Assembly: GCA_903893625.1 (NCBI GenBank)
Contig: CAITND010000151.1
Coordinates: 7,738 to 71,737 of the forward strand
Direction: 5' to 3'
Length of the DNA: 64,000 bases
Origin: an uncultured Oscillatoriales cyanobacterium
GTDB lineage: Bacteria > Cyanobacteriota > Cyanobacteriia > Cyanobacteriales > Microcoleaceae
Shown here: positions 18,382 through 28,833 of the stretch, one piece after another
Position numbering within the stretch: the stretch's first letter is position 1
Layout: each line of letters opens with the position of its first letter
Notes under the pieces: model-generated
Databases searched by the model: none
Told to the model about the DNA's origin: nothing
Seen by the model: only the letters and a program-made list of their open reading frames with translations
Position numbers and translations under genes: made by a program

Positions 18382-21087
18382 ATGAAAATTCTTAAAATAC
18401 AAACCTTAAGAGGCCCTAACTACTGGAGCATCCGACGTCATCAACTGATTGTGATGCGTTTGGATTTAGAAGATTTAACTGAACGCTATAGCAGCGATAT
18501 TCCAGGCTTCTATAACGGCTTAACTTCTGTTCTCCCTAGTTTAATTGAACATCACTGCTCACCAGGAGTCCGAGGCGGGTTCCTGAGTCGGGTAGAACGG
18601 GGAACGTTAATAGGACATATTATCGAGCACGTTGCCCTGGAACTGCAACAGTTGGCCGGAATGCCTGTCGGATTTGGTCGCACCCGTGAAACCTCCAATC
18701 CGGGGATTTTTCAGGTAGCCTTTGAGTATGACAACGAACACGCTGGCCGTTATGCAGGCAGAGCCGCTGTCCGACTCTGCCAAAGTATTGTGGCGACGGG
18801 AACATATCTGACGGAAGAACTGACCCAAGATATTGAAGATCTGAAAGAATTAAAAGCCCAAGCCTCCCTTGGCCCTAGCACAGAAACCATTATTAAAGAA
18901 GCCCAAGCCCGTGAGATTCCCTGGCAACAACTGAATGCTCGGTTTATGATTCAGTTTGGCTATGGTTGTTATCAAAAACGGATTCAAGCCACTCTGAGCA
19001 ACCAAACCGGAGTGTTAGCGGTGGAATTGGCCTGTGATAAAGAAGGCACAAAACAAATTCTCCGCGATGCTGGAGTTCCGGTTCCCAGGGGGACGGTGAT
19101 TCGCTATTTTGATGAACTCCAAGATGCCATTGATGAAGTCGGGGGCTATCCGATTGCGATTAAGCCCCTGGATGGTAATCATGGCCGGGGGATTACCCTA
19201 GATATTACTAAATGGGAAACCGCCGCCACAGCCTACGAGGAAGCCAGTAACGCATCTAAAACCCGCAGTGTGATTTTGGAACGCTTCTATACAGGTCGAG
19301 ATCATCGGGTATTAGTCGTTAACGGCAAAATGGTCGCTGTTGCGGAACGGGTTCCCGCCCATATTATCGGGGATGGTCAATTAACCGTTGAACAATTAAT
19401 CGAAAAAACCAACCGTGATCCCCGTCGGGGGGATGGCCATGATAATGTTCTCACCCGGATAGTCATGGATAAAACCGTGATGTCCATGATTGCGGAAAAA
19501 GGCTGCACCCTAGAAAGCGTATTACCCCCAGGGGAAATCTGTTTTCTCAGGGCTACCGCTAACCTGAGTACGGGGGGTAGTGCCATTGACCGTACCGATG
19601 AAGTTCACCCGGATAATGTCTGGCTATTTGCTCGAATTGCTAAAATTATTGGTTTGGATATTGCCGGAATTGATGTGGTGACACCGGATATTTCCAAGCC
19701 TCTACGGGAAGTTGATGGGGTAATTGTGGAAGTTAACGCCGCACCAGGGTTCCGAATGCACGTCGCCCCCAGTGAAGGTTTACCCCGAAATGTGGCCGGG
19801 GCGGTGATGGATATGTTGTTTCCCCCTGGCCAACCCAGTCGCGTCCCGATTTTAGCTGTTACTGGAACTAATGGTAAAACCACTACCACCCGTTTATTAG
19901 CTCATATCATTAAACAAACGGGTTTATCGGTGGGTTATACCACTACTGACGGGATTTATATTGGGGATCATTTAGCCGAACCTGGGGATAATACCGGGCC
20001 ACAAAGTGCTCAACTGATTCTGCGTGATCCGATGGTAGAAGTCGCTGTCCTGGAATGTGCGCGGGGTGGGATTCTGCGGGCTGGGTTAGGATTTGATACC
20101 TGTGATGTCGGTGTGGTGTTGAATGTGTCGGCGGATCATTTGGGATTAGGGGATATTGATACCCCGGAACAAATGGCGAAGGTGAAAAGCGTTGTGGCTG
20201 AAGTGGTGATGCCCAAAGGCTATGCGGTGCTGAACGCTGATGATCCGTTAGTGGTACAAATGGCCGAACGGGTGAAAGCTCAAATCGCCTATTTTACGAT
20301 GAATCCCGATAATGAAATTGTGTTGAAACACACGGAATCAGGGGGATTAGCGGCAGTCTATGAAAACGGATATCTGTCGATATTAAAAGGAGATTGGACG
20401 TTACGGATTGAACAGGCGGTAAATGTTCCGATTACGATGAATGGTCGCGCTCCGTTTATGATTGCTAATGCTTTAGCAGCTTGTTTATCGGCCTTTGCCC
20501 AAGGGGTGAAAATAGAGCATATTCGGGCGGGTTTGTCAACCTTTATCGCCTCGACTTCCCAAACCCCAGGACGGATGAATTTATTTAATATGGGCCACTA
20601 TCACGCTCTGATTGATTATGCCCATAACCCGGCGAGTTATGTGGCATTAGGGGCTTTTGTGAAAAATTGGCCAGGGCCTCGGATTGGGGTGATTGGTGGC
20701 CCAGGCGATCGCCGAGATCAGGATTTTGTCACCTTGGGTCAATTGGCGGCGGATATTTTTGATCAGATTATTGTCAAGGAGGATGATGATACTCGTGGTC
20801 GAGAACGAGGTTCGGCGGCTGAGTTAATCAGCAAAGGCGTTGAGCAAATCTTGGGAGGAGTTTCTGATCCTAGTATTCGCTATGAAACGATTCTCAATGA
20901 AACTGAAGCGATTAATACTGCTTTAGATCGGGCTTCTTTGGGATCGTTAGTGGTGATTTTACCCGAAAGTGTGAATCGAGCTATTAAGTTAATTGAAGCT
21001 CGTAACCCCATCCAGGAGTCTAACAACAACTCTCATCCTCCGAGTCTAAATTCCTCAACTGTTACCTTAAAACCCTCTCAAGTTTAA
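18382..21087 (+). CDS. cphA: Cyanophycin synthetase
   Basis: N-terminus MKILKIQTLRGPNYWSIRRH is typical of CphA. An ATP-grasp domain and a Mur-ligase-like domain with P-loop GTNGKTTTT follow. 901 aa. Confidence 0.95.
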   Translation: MKILKIQTLRGPNYWSIRRHQLIVMRLDLEDLTERYSSDIPGFYNGLTSVLPSLIEHHCSPGVRGGFLSRVERGTLIGHIIEHVALELQQLAGMPVGFGRTRETSNPGIFQVAFEYDNEHAGRYAGRAAVRLCQSIVATGTYLTEELTQDIEDLKELKAQASLGPSTETIIKEAQAREIPWQQLNARFMIQFGYGCYQKRIQATLSNQTGVLAVELACDKEGTKQILRDAGVPVPRGTVIRYFDELQDAIDEVGGYPIAIKPLDGNHGRGITLDITKWETAATAYEEASNASKTRSVILERFYTGRDHRVLVVNGKMVAVAERVPAHIIGDGQLTVEQLIEKTNRDPRRGDGHDNVLTRIVMDKTVMSMIAEKGCTLESVLPPGEICFLRATANLSTGGSAIDRTDEVHPDNVWLFARIAKIIGLDIAGIDVVTPDISKPLREVDGVIVEVNAAPGFRMHVAPSEGLPRNVAGAVMDMLFPPGQPSRVPILAVTGTNGKTTTTRLLAHIIKQTGLSVGYTTTDGIYIGDHLAEPGDNTGPQSAQLILRDPMVEVAVLECARGGILRAGLGFDTCDVGVVLNVSADHLGLGDIDTPEQMAKVKSVVAEVVMPKGYAVLNADDPLVVQMAERVKAQIAYFTMNPDNEIVLKHTESGGLAAVYENGYLSILKGDWTLRIEQAVNVPITMNGRAPFMIANALAACLSAFAQGVKIEHIRAGLSTFIASTSQTPGRMNLFNMGHYHALIDYAHNPASYVALGAFVKNWPGPRIGVIGGPGDRRDQDFVTLGQLAADIFDQIIVKEDDDTRGRERGSAAELISKGVEQILGGVSDPSIRYETILNETEAINTALDRASLGSLVVILPESVNRAIKLIEARNPIQESNNNSHPPSLNSSTVTLKPSQV

Positions 21088-21166
21088 GTCGAGAAAACTA
21101 TCGGGGCGGGCTCTGCAATCCTATTGGTTTCCCCCAGATCCCGCAGGGCTGTTTGATTTTACAAAA

Positions 21167-21197
21167 TTGGGGAGTCAAATTGAGTCCCCAATTTTCA
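21167..21197 (+). terminator. Putative intrinsic terminator downstream of cphA
   Basis: Hairpin ttggggagtcaaattgagtccccaa followed by ttttcaaaatt. Confidence 0.5.
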
Positions 21198-21351
21198 AAA
21201 TTGAGGCGAAAAAGAGGCAGGGGGAGAAGAGGAGAAGGGGAGAAATAATTAACTCCTGACTCCTGACTCCTTCCCAGCACCCGAAACCCGAAACCTATGC
21301 TAAATTGGGCGTATTGATATTGAAATTTATATTTTCTAGTTAAGCAAACCG

Positions 21352-22638
21352 ATGGTTATTTCAAGAAGTGGGCTTGTTCTTGGTGCAACGGCAGTAATGT
21401 TGACGGCTGTAGCGGTTGCAGGGGCGGGAATTCATCTTTCGAGTCAAGCCTCCTTTCGGGAAAGTCCCAAGGAGTTAATTGACGAAGTTTGGCAGGTGAT
21501 CCATAAAAGTTATGTGGATGGAACCTTTAATCAAGTAGATTGGACGGCGGTTAGAACGGAATATTTAAACCGTAGCTACACCAGCGACGAACAAGCCTAC
21601 ACCGCCATTCGGGAAATGTTGAAGAAGCTCGATGACCCCTATACGCGCTTCATGAACCCCGAAGAATTCAAAAATATGAAAATTGATACCTCCGGGCAAC
21701 TAACCGGGGTAGGGATTCAATTAACCCAAGATGAAAAGACGAAAAAATTAATTGTGATTTCGCCGATTGAAGATTCCCCAGCATTTACCGCCGGAGTTCA
21801 AGCGCAAGATATTATCACCGAAATTGATGGCACTACAACCGAAGGAATGGATATTAATGACGCGGTGAATTTGATTCGGGGGCCTGTGGGAACTAAGGTG
21901 AATATTAAAATATTACGCGGTGAGCGACCCTTAGATTTTACTATTACCCGCGATCGCATTGAAATTCATCCGGTTCGTTCCTCTAAAAATCCGAGTTCTA
22001 CGGGAGATATTGGTTATATTCGGTTAAATACTTTTAGTGAAAATGCCGCCGAAGAAATGCGGGAAGCAATTAAAGATTTAGAGAAACAAAATGTTGTCGG
22101 TTATATCCTAGATTTGCGTTCAAATCCTGGAGGTTTACTCTATTCTAGCATTGAAATTGCCCGGATGTGGTTGAATCAAGGTGATATTGTTTCTACTGTT
22201 GATCGTCAAGGAGAAACTGACCGTAAACGAGCGAATAATCAAGCTTTAACGACTAAACCGTTAGTGGTTTTAGTGGATGGTGGATCAGCCAGCGCTAGTG
22301 AAATTTTATCCGGTGCATTACAGGATAATAAACGGGCACTTTTAGTGGGAACAAAAACCTTTGGGAAAGGGTTAGTGCAGTCGGTGATCGGCGTGGGAAA
22401 TGGTTCAGGTTTAGCGGTGACAATTGCTAAATATTTTACTCCCAGTGGTCGAGATATTAACCATGAAGGCATTCAACCGGATGTTAAAGTTGAACTCACT
22501 GAAGCACAGCGAGATGAGTTAAGAAAAGATCGGACTAAAGTGGGAACAACGGACGATCCTCAATATCTTAAAGGGTTAGAAATTCTCAGAAGTGAAATTT
22601 CTAAGGTTAAACAAGGAACTCAAGCACAATCTAAGTAG
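21352..22638 (+). CDS. ctpA: Carboxyl-terminal processing protease (S41)
   Basis: PDZ plus S41 domain with the catalytic region GGSASASEIL...TFGKG; 428 aa. Confidence 0.9.
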   Translation: MVISRSGLVLGATAVMLTAVAVAGAGIHLSSQASFRESPKELIDEVWQVIHKSYVDGTFNQVDWTAVRTEYLNRSYTSDEQAYTAIREMLKKLDDPYTRFMNPEEFKNMKIDTSGQLTGVGIQLTQDEKTKKLIVISPIEDSPAFTAGVQAQDIITEIDGTTTEGMDINDAVNLIRGPVGTKVNIKILRGERPLDFTITRDRIEIHPVRSSKNPSSTGDIGYIRLNTFSENAAEEMREAIKDLEKQNVVGYILDLRSNPGGLLYSSIEIARMWLNQGDIVSTVDRQGETDRKRANNQALTTKPLVVLVDGGSASASEILSGALQDNKRALLVGTKTFGKGLVQSVIGVGNGSGLAVTIAKYFTPSGRDINHEGIQPDVKVELTEAQRDELRKDRTKVGTTDDPQYLKGLEILRSEISKVKQGTQAQSK

Positions 22639-22650
22639 AGACGTGCCTAA

Positions 22651-22678
22651 GTAGAGACGTGCCATGGCACGTCTCTAC
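22651..22678. repeat. 28-bp perfect palindrome GTAGAGACGTGCCATGGCACGTCTCTAC, plus a 13-bp half copy at 22635-22647
   Basis: Lies exactly between convergent ctpA(+) and DUF2079(-). Both stop codons fall in or next to the element, so it is a likely bidirectional terminator. Confidence 0.85.
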
Positions 22679-24108
22679 GGGGATTTATTGGCTTTTTGCA
22701 ATTGTTCTAAAGTAGAGAATTGTTCAAATAACCAAACGTCATCCTGATGGTATTTTAATTGAAAATGAGGGTGTTTTTGTAGACGTTTTACTAATCCGGT
22801 GACTAATTCGGGAGAACTCGGCCATCCGGGGTGACGTTGGTTTAATAAGACGTATTGAAAGGGTTCTAAATCGGTCTGTTCTCGTCCTTGAATGGCTAAC
22901 TCTAGGAGGGGACGGTGGGTAAGATGGGGGGCGATTTTATCTGTTGTTAATACGTTATCCTGAGTTTTAATATAGCTGAGGGCTTCCCGTGTGGCTTGCC
23001 AATTATCGAGGGTTGTTAAATATTTAGAGGTAAAATAACCATATTTAGCCAAGGCAAAAAAGGAAATTAAACACCATAAAATGATCCACTTTCTGTGTTT
23101 AAACCATCCTCCCCCTGTAGCTAAATTAGCGATAATTGCTAATAGAAGAAAAGGTAAAATCGGGAGAGAATATTGTTGTGTTAAGTTCTTCATTTGCGGA
23201 TTTTCGGCTAACAGATTTAAAAATAAAATCGGTGTCGCGCCAATTAGGGAGGTTAAATGTCGCCATGATAGTCCCCAAAACAAGGGAATTAAGAGTAACA
23301 TTAGGTATTCTAAATTGGCTAAAGTGAAAATTTTACTCAAAACTAATCCAGGTTTTAAGATAATATTTAAGGTAATTTCGGCGAGAGAATTTCCCAGGAA
23401 ACTATAAACTCCAACGGCGATGGGGGGTGCTTGGGAAAAATGGGGGATCAGGAATTCTGTAGATAGGAAAAACCAGAATAATCCTGAACAAATTGCGATC
23501 GCAGCATAACGTTGTTTTTTCTCAAATATTAATAACCAAATTCCCATCACTATTAATAATAAAGATAAAACTTCTTTACAGCCTAAAATAATAACAATTG
23601 AGACTATAAATCCTAAAATATTATTGTTTCTAGCGAATAAAACTGCATATAAAATGGCAGGTAAAGCCATGACTTCGGGATGGAAATCAAATAAATTAAC
23701 ATTAAAAATTAAAGGATATAAAAGATATACAAAGGCTAAGGTTTGAGCTTGGGTTTCCTTTAAACCTGCTTGTAAAGATAGCTGATAAGTCGGTAACGCA
23801 CCGAGGGAGAGGGAAATGGCTTGAATGGCAAATAACCAATGAATATCAGGGTGAATTTTATAAAATAAGGCAATAATATAAAGAATATAGGCGGCATGAT
23901 CTCCTAAAATATGTAATCCTCGAAAGGAGACAAAGGGTTCTTGTCCTTGACTAATTAAGTAAACCCCATTATCAAAAATTCCTAAATCATAAGCATTAGA
24001 TTGAAATAAAGCATGACGTAAACTACTACAAGCAAATAAAATCAAACTACTAATGATTATTGCTATTATAACAGGATTAATCTTGATTTTTAAAGGATAA
24101 ATGCTCAT
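22675..24108 (-). CDS. Polytopic membrane protein (DUF2079-like)
   Basis: 477 aa with more than 10 transmembrane segments; called from composition and topology only. Confidence 0.4.
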   Translation of the reverse strand: MSIYPLKIKINPVIIAIIISSLILFACSSLRHALFQSNAYDLGIFDNGVYLISQGQEPFVSFRGLHILGDHAAYILYIIALFYKIHPDIHWLFAIQAISLSLGALPTYQLSLQAGLKETQAQTLAFVYLLYPLIFNVNLFDFHPEVMALPAILYAVLFARNNNILGFIVSIVIILGCKEVLSLLLIVMGIWLLIFEKKQRYAAIAICSGLFWFFLSTEFLIPHFSQAPPIAVGVYSFLGNSLAEITLNIILKPGLVLSKIFTLANLEYLMLLLIPLFWGLSWRHLTSLIGATPILFLNLLAENPQMKNLTQQYSLPILPFLLLAIIANLATGGGWFKHRKWIILWCLISFFALAKYGYFTSKYLTTLDNWQATREALSYIKTQDNVLTTDKIAPHLTHRPLLELAIQGREQTDLEPFQYVLLNQRHPGWPSSPELVTGLVKRLQKHPHFQLKYHQDDVWLFEQFSTLEQLQKANKSP

Positions 24109-24335
24109 ATTCTTAGCTTTTAATTTGCTTAATCCCGTCAGAAATTGTTGTAAATACTGAATTAAAGGAAAGGGAAGGTTTTTAAAACTTAACCCCCATA
24201 GGGGAAATCGGACAAAGGGTGTTACGGATATGGGAAGACAGAAAGTTTAATTTTTTCCCCATATTGAAGTGGTGCATCAAATTCTTCTAGATCAAAATTC
24301 AGGAGAATATACTTCGTCATAACACCCCAATTGAT

Positions 24336-25091
24336 CTAATTAACGGGTTGTACAATCACTTCTATATTATTCGGATTTCCGCCAGTAATTACCCGATCTT
24401 GATTCATATTTGCCCAAGTTAATCGCCCATCAACATAAATTTCAGCCCGAATTCTATAAATCCCATTCGGTTGAATTTGTGCCGAATTATAAATCAAAGA
24501 AAAGGGAACTGGAACCTGTTGACCGCGTAACGGAATCGTTTGTTGAGTGATATTTCTCGGCGCACGATTTGGGCTAGTCGTATCTTGTAATATAACAACA
24601 ACTGTTGAATTTTGGGGTAATGCAATTCGTTGACGGTAAGTAATAGTTCCAGTTACTTTTGACTCTTGGGGTCTTTGATTTCCCTGATTTCCCTGCATTC
24701 TCATGACCCGTTCTGAGATGGGTCTTTGATTATTATTCGGTTGAATGGTGAACATCTTAGAGTTCACTTGATAGGATGCCTTTTGAGAATTTCCAGCATA
24801 ACCATCTGCTTGTCGTTGCACAGAAAAGCGATCAAAAAGTTGTCCATTGATATAACTCACCGCCATGAATAAATCGGATTGTCCTTGACAAATATTAATG
24901 TGATAATTCTCTGTTCTAAAATAAGCTTCTTGGGGAACACCTCGACAACCTTGGGTGGCAAAGTCTAATTGACGTTGTGCTAGTGTTGGGGGAATAAAAC
25001 TGATAGTTGGCGTTAGCGTCAATAACGTGGAAGTGAGGAATAAGCGGAAAAGAAATTGACTTTTATTCTGATTTGAGGTTTGCATGATCAT
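24336..25091 (-). CDS. Secreted hypothetical protein with a signal peptide
   Basis: N-terminal hydrophobic signal followed by a Q/N-rich mature part; 251 aa. Confidence 0.35.
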   Translation of the reverse strand: MIMQTSNQNKSQFLFRLFLTSTLLTLTPTISFIPPTLAQRQLDFATQGCRGVPQEAYFRTENYHINICQGQSDLFMAVSYINGQLFDRFSVQRQADGYAGNSQKASYQVNSKMFTIQPNNNQRPISERVMRMQGNQGNQRPQESKVTGTITYRQRIALPQNSTVVVILQDTTSPNRAPRNITQQTIPLRGQQVPVPFSLIYNSAQIQPNGIYRIRAEIYVDGRLTWANMNQDRVITGGNPNNIEVIVQPVN

Positions 25092-25150
25092 TCTTCCTTT
25101 AAAATCAATTAAGTTTATATTATATCATTGTTGTTCCATCGGATTAACAA

Positions 25151-26476
25151 TTAACCCACCCAAAGATGTTGAGCAAAGCGAACTGAAAAACTAATCAGTA
25201 ACAGGGTAAAAAATCCTAATGTGACATAACCCCAACGGCGATAATGGGATAGCATCACCCCTAATGCTAGACTGATAGAAACAATCCCATAAGCTAAACG
25301 ACTCAGGGAAATTGTGCCCCCAGACGCTAACAATAAACCTAACGCACAAAAGCCATAATTCACGGCTACTAAACTGAGTTCATGGCGTAAATACCAGAGT
25401 AAATAACCTCCTCCTAAAATAATCGCTGTATTCAGTAAGGGATCACCTGCAATTAGCCAGAAAATTAAGAGTAAAAGACAGAAACTATAATCAAATTTAG
25501 CCTCTCCTAATTGATCACGATATCGCCAAAGGAGATAACCTATTATAGCAATAATTAGAACCAATAAAGGATGCCAAGGATCAACAATTGCCCCTGCTTT
25601 CCAATTTTGAGAACCGATCAGAATTTGCATTACCATTTTTAACCATCCTTGGCTATCAAATCCGGTTTGACGTTGCCATTGGGTATGTTGAACGGTAATA
25701 AATGCAATGGGATTATTAAATTTAATCCCACAATAGAGACTATAAAAGAGTAATCCACAGCCACTTAATAAGCCGGATAAATAGGCGATCACAGGTTTTC
25801 GTTTTTGCCAAGATGTGATCAGAAAAGCCGGAATTAAAGCCAGTCCAGTAATGCGGGTTGCTGTTGCTAAACTTCCCCATAAAATGACTTGAGGATATTT
25901 TTCTAAATCAAAAGCTCGTAAACTGGCAATACTCAAACATAAAAATAACCCCTCCGTATAAATCACACTCCCAAAAATCGATAATGGACACCAAGCTAAT
26001 ACTGCCGTTGCCCAACGTGCGGCTTGAATATTATTCGTTGTTTCCACCCATTGATACAGTAAAATTAAAGCTCCAAAAAACGCTAAATTATTAATCAGAG
26101 TTCCGGCTACTTCAAAGGGTAATCCCAGATTCATTAATCCTCGAATTAATAACGGAAATAAGGGAAAAAATGCCACATTTCCGCCCGGTTCTGTCTGATT
26201 AATTACTTCATATCCAGACGTCGCAATCATCTGATAAAGAGAACTATCCCAAGCCGAAAAAACCTCCCATCCCCACCCTGCTTTTACCGCTTGAGGTTCA
26301 GAAGGAACTGAACAAAAGGGGGCAATAACGAAAAAAGCCAATAAAATAATACTGCGACTCAGTACCCCCATTGTTAATGCAAAAATAATCCCATTAGATT
26401 TAAAAAATTTGACAAATGGGGTTAAAAAATTCCCGAATTTTGCGGAAAGTTGTGTTAGCTTATTAAGAGAATTCAT
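25151..26476 (-). CDS. Polytopic membrane protein, GT-C-like glycosyltransferase
   Basis: 441 aa, more than 10 transmembrane segments, mannosyltransferase-like topology; low specificity. Confidence 0.4.
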   Translation of the reverse strand: MNSLNKLTQLSAKFGNFLTPFVKFFKSNGIIFALTMGVLSRSIILLAFFVIAPFCSVPSEPQAVKAGWGWEVFSAWDSSLYQMIATSGYEVINQTEPGGNVAFFPLFPLLIRGLMNLGLPFEVAGTLINNLAFFGALILLYQWVETTNNIQAARWATAVLAWCPLSIFGSVIYTEGLFLCLSIASLRAFDLEKYPQVILWGSLATATRITGLALIPAFLITSWQKRKPVIAYLSGLLSGCGLLFYSLYCGIKFNNPIAFITVQHTQWQRQTGFDSQGWLKMVMQILIGSQNWKAGAIVDPWHPLLVLIIAIIGYLLWRYRDQLGEAKFDYSFCLLLLIFWLIAGDPLLNTAIILGGGYLLWYLRHELSLVAVNYGFCALGLLLASGGTISLSRLAYGIVSISLALGVMLSHYRRWGYVTLGFFTLLLISFSVRFAQHLWVG

Positions 26477-26689
26477 CGGTAGTTGTTTTACGCCCCTATT
26501 TACAGGTTAATTATTAATTGACTTGAATGGACAATTTAGAAAAATTTTATCAAGGATGAGACAAAATGACATTTTTCATAAAAATGGCAGATTAGGACAG
26601 ATTATGTTAGAAGAATGAACAAGGGAAGAAAAGGGTGACAACTCCTTTCTCTCCCACTAAAAACCTCGATTTGTGCCACTAGATGTCCT

Positions 26690-27544
26690 ATGTTTTTCAA
26701 TGCAACTCAACTGTTAATTGATACTTTTGTTGAACAACTCCGATCAGGATATCATCATACCTATGGCGGATTTAAGTCAAATTATGGGGATATTGTCGCC
26801 TGGGCGGGAGGCATGGCATTAGAAAATATTGCTAATAGTGATGCCCTCTATCATGATATCGAACATACGATTATGGTTACGTTAGTGGGTCAAGAAATTT
26901 TACGAGGAAAACACATCCGAGAAGGTGGGGTTTCCAGTGAAGATTGGCTGCATTTTATGATTTCTCTCGTTTGTCATGATATTGGTTATGTTAAGGGGGT
27001 TTGTCGTCAAGATCGAGAGGGATATTATGCCACAGGATGTGATGGAAAAATAGTGAATTTGCCCTTTGGATGCACGGATGCGAGTTTAATGCCTTATCAT
27101 GTTGATCGGGCTAAATTGTTTATTCAAGAACGATTTGGGGGACATCCCTTAATTAATGCAGAGGTAATTCAATTTAATATTGAACTGACTCGATTTCCTG
27201 TTCCTCAAAAATCCGATCATCAAGATACCATTCATTATCCAGGTTTAGTGCGGGCGGCGGATTTAATTGGTCAATTGAGTGATGCTCGCTATCTCAGAAA
27301 AATTAGTGCGTTATTTTATGAATTTGAGGAAACTGGATTTAATCAAAAAGTAGGTTATCATAACCCCGGAGATTTGCGAAGAAATTATCCTCAATTTTAC
27401 TGGAATTGCGCTTATCCCTATATCAAAGATAGCTTACGGTATTTATCTCTAACTCAGCAAGGTCAGCAAATTCTGGCTAACCTTCACGCCAATATCTTCG
27501 TGGTCGAACATGATCAAACCGCAGAGGATGCGATCGCCGTTTAA
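26690..27544 (+). CDS. HD-domain-like phosphohydrolase family protein
   Basis: H...HD motif (LYHDIEH) with downstream His/Asp residues; 284 aa. Confidence 0.4.
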   Translation: MFFNATQLLIDTFVEQLRSGYHHTYGGFKSNYGDIVAWAGGMALENIANSDALYHDIEHTIMVTLVGQEILRGKHIREGGVSSEDWLHFMISLVCHDIGYVKGVCRQDREGYYATGCDGKIVNLPFGCTDASLMPYHVDRAKLFIQERFGGHPLINAEVIQFNIELTRFPVPQKSDHQDTIHYPGLVRAADLIGQLSDARYLRKISALFYEFEETGFNQKVGYHNPGDLRRNYPQFYWNCAYPYIKDSLRYLSLTQQGQQILANLHANIFVVEHDQTAEDAIAV

Positions 27545-27624
27545 TCTTTGAAGGATTCAATTTTAATTCCCATCAGGTCATCTATCCCAAAATAGGGTAA
27601 ACTACTTTATATTTTAAATTTTCA

Positions 27625-28767
27625 ATGATTTCCATGACGAATTCTAATTTTTCGCCATTACAAAGTCGTTTACTCACTTGTCTGCTGATTTTAGTGGTGG
27701 GTTGGTTAAGCTTTCTATTTTTAGGTTATGTTGGTGAATTAATCAGTATATTAGTCACCTCTGGATTAATTGCCTTTCTTCTTAATTATGCCGTTGCCAA
27801 ATTAGAACGCTTTATTCCTCGCGGAATTGCCGCCGCTTTAGTGTATTTAATTGCTATCTTAAGCTTTGTAATTATTGCCTTAACACTTTTTCCCCCTGTA
27901 TTCAATCAAGGACGACAATTAATAACTCGATTACCGGAATTAATCGAATCAGGACGGCAACAGTTAGCTGAATTTCAACTCTGGAGTGTTGAACGAAAAT
28001 TACCCTTTGATGTGGGGATTTTACAACAGCAACTTTTGTCTCGAATTCAATCAACTATTGAGCCGATTCTCACCGGAAGTTTAGGCTTAGTTTTAGGAAC
28101 ATTTAACTGGTTTTTTGACTTGATTTTTATTTTAGTCATTGCCTTTTATATGTTATTAGATGGCGAACGGTTGTGGAAGCTGCTAATCACTATTTTATCT
28201 CCACAAATTCGAGAGGTTTTAACCTTTTCTTTAGAACGAAATTTGAAAAAATTTGTTCTCGGACAAACTTTGCAGGGAATTTTTATGGCATCTACCTTAA
28301 CCTTCGCCTTTTTAATGCTAAAAGTTCCCTATTTTCTCTTATTTGCTGTTGTGATTGGATTGCTGGAAATTATTCCCTTTGTCGGGGCAACATTAGGGAT
28401 TGGAAGTGTCACCTTGATTGTGGCTTTTATTGATTGGTGGATGGCTTTACAAGTGTTAGCAGTTGCCGTTTCTATTCAACAAATAAAAGATAATATTGTT
28501 GCTCCTCGAATTATGGGAGATTTAACTGGATTAAGCCCCGTTGTGATTTTTAGTGCTTTATTATTAGGTGGAAAAGTAGGAGGATTATTAGGATTTATTC
28601 TGGCAATTCCGATGGCAGGGGTGATTAAAAGTATTATTGAAGTTGTGGTTGATCCAACTTTACCCCCTCAAACGGGTTCATTCTTTTATAATCCTTTAGA
28701 TCCAGAACCCGATTTAACCTCAACAGAAACCTTATCTCTAGCTGAACAGGAACGCTTGAAGGTGTAA
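27625..28767 (+). CDS. AI-2E (PerM/YhhT) family transporter
   Basis: Eight transmembrane segments and the characteristic C-terminal region (VGATLGIGSV...IAPRIMGDLTGLSPVVIF). Confidence 0.8.
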   Translation: MISMTNSNFSPLQSRLLTCLLILVVGWLSFLFLGYVGELISILVTSGLIAFLLNYAVAKLERFIPRGIAAALVYLIAILSFVIIALTLFPPVFNQGRQLITRLPELIESGRQQLAEFQLWSVERKLPFDVGILQQQLLSRIQSTIEPILTGSLGLVLGTFNWFFDLIFILVIAFYMLLDGERLWKLLITILSPQIREVLTFSLERNLKKFVLGQTLQGIFMASTLTFAFLMLKVPYFLLFAVVIGLLEIIPFVGATLGIGSVTLIVAFIDWWMALQVLAVAVSIQQIKDNIVAPRIMGDLTGLSPVVIFSALLLGGKVGGLLGFILAIPMAGVIKSIIEVVVDPTLPPQTGSFFYNPLDPEPDLTSTETLSLAEQERLKV

Positions 28768-28833
28768 AATTAAAAAAATAGAGACACAATTGTACAAGTT
28801 TTTCCCGTATTATTTTGAGTGAAAATCTAAACT

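Noticed and set aside
18607-19889. Several antisense ORFs (61-94 aa) inside cphA
   Set aside because: They are antisense to a 901-aa gene with unambiguous CphA similarity, and are GC-rich antisense frames.
21098-21280. 60-aa ORF between cphA and ctpA
   Set aside because: It lies over a low-complexity purine-rich/CTCCTGA-repeat intergenic region that contains the cphA terminator hairpin; no coding signal.
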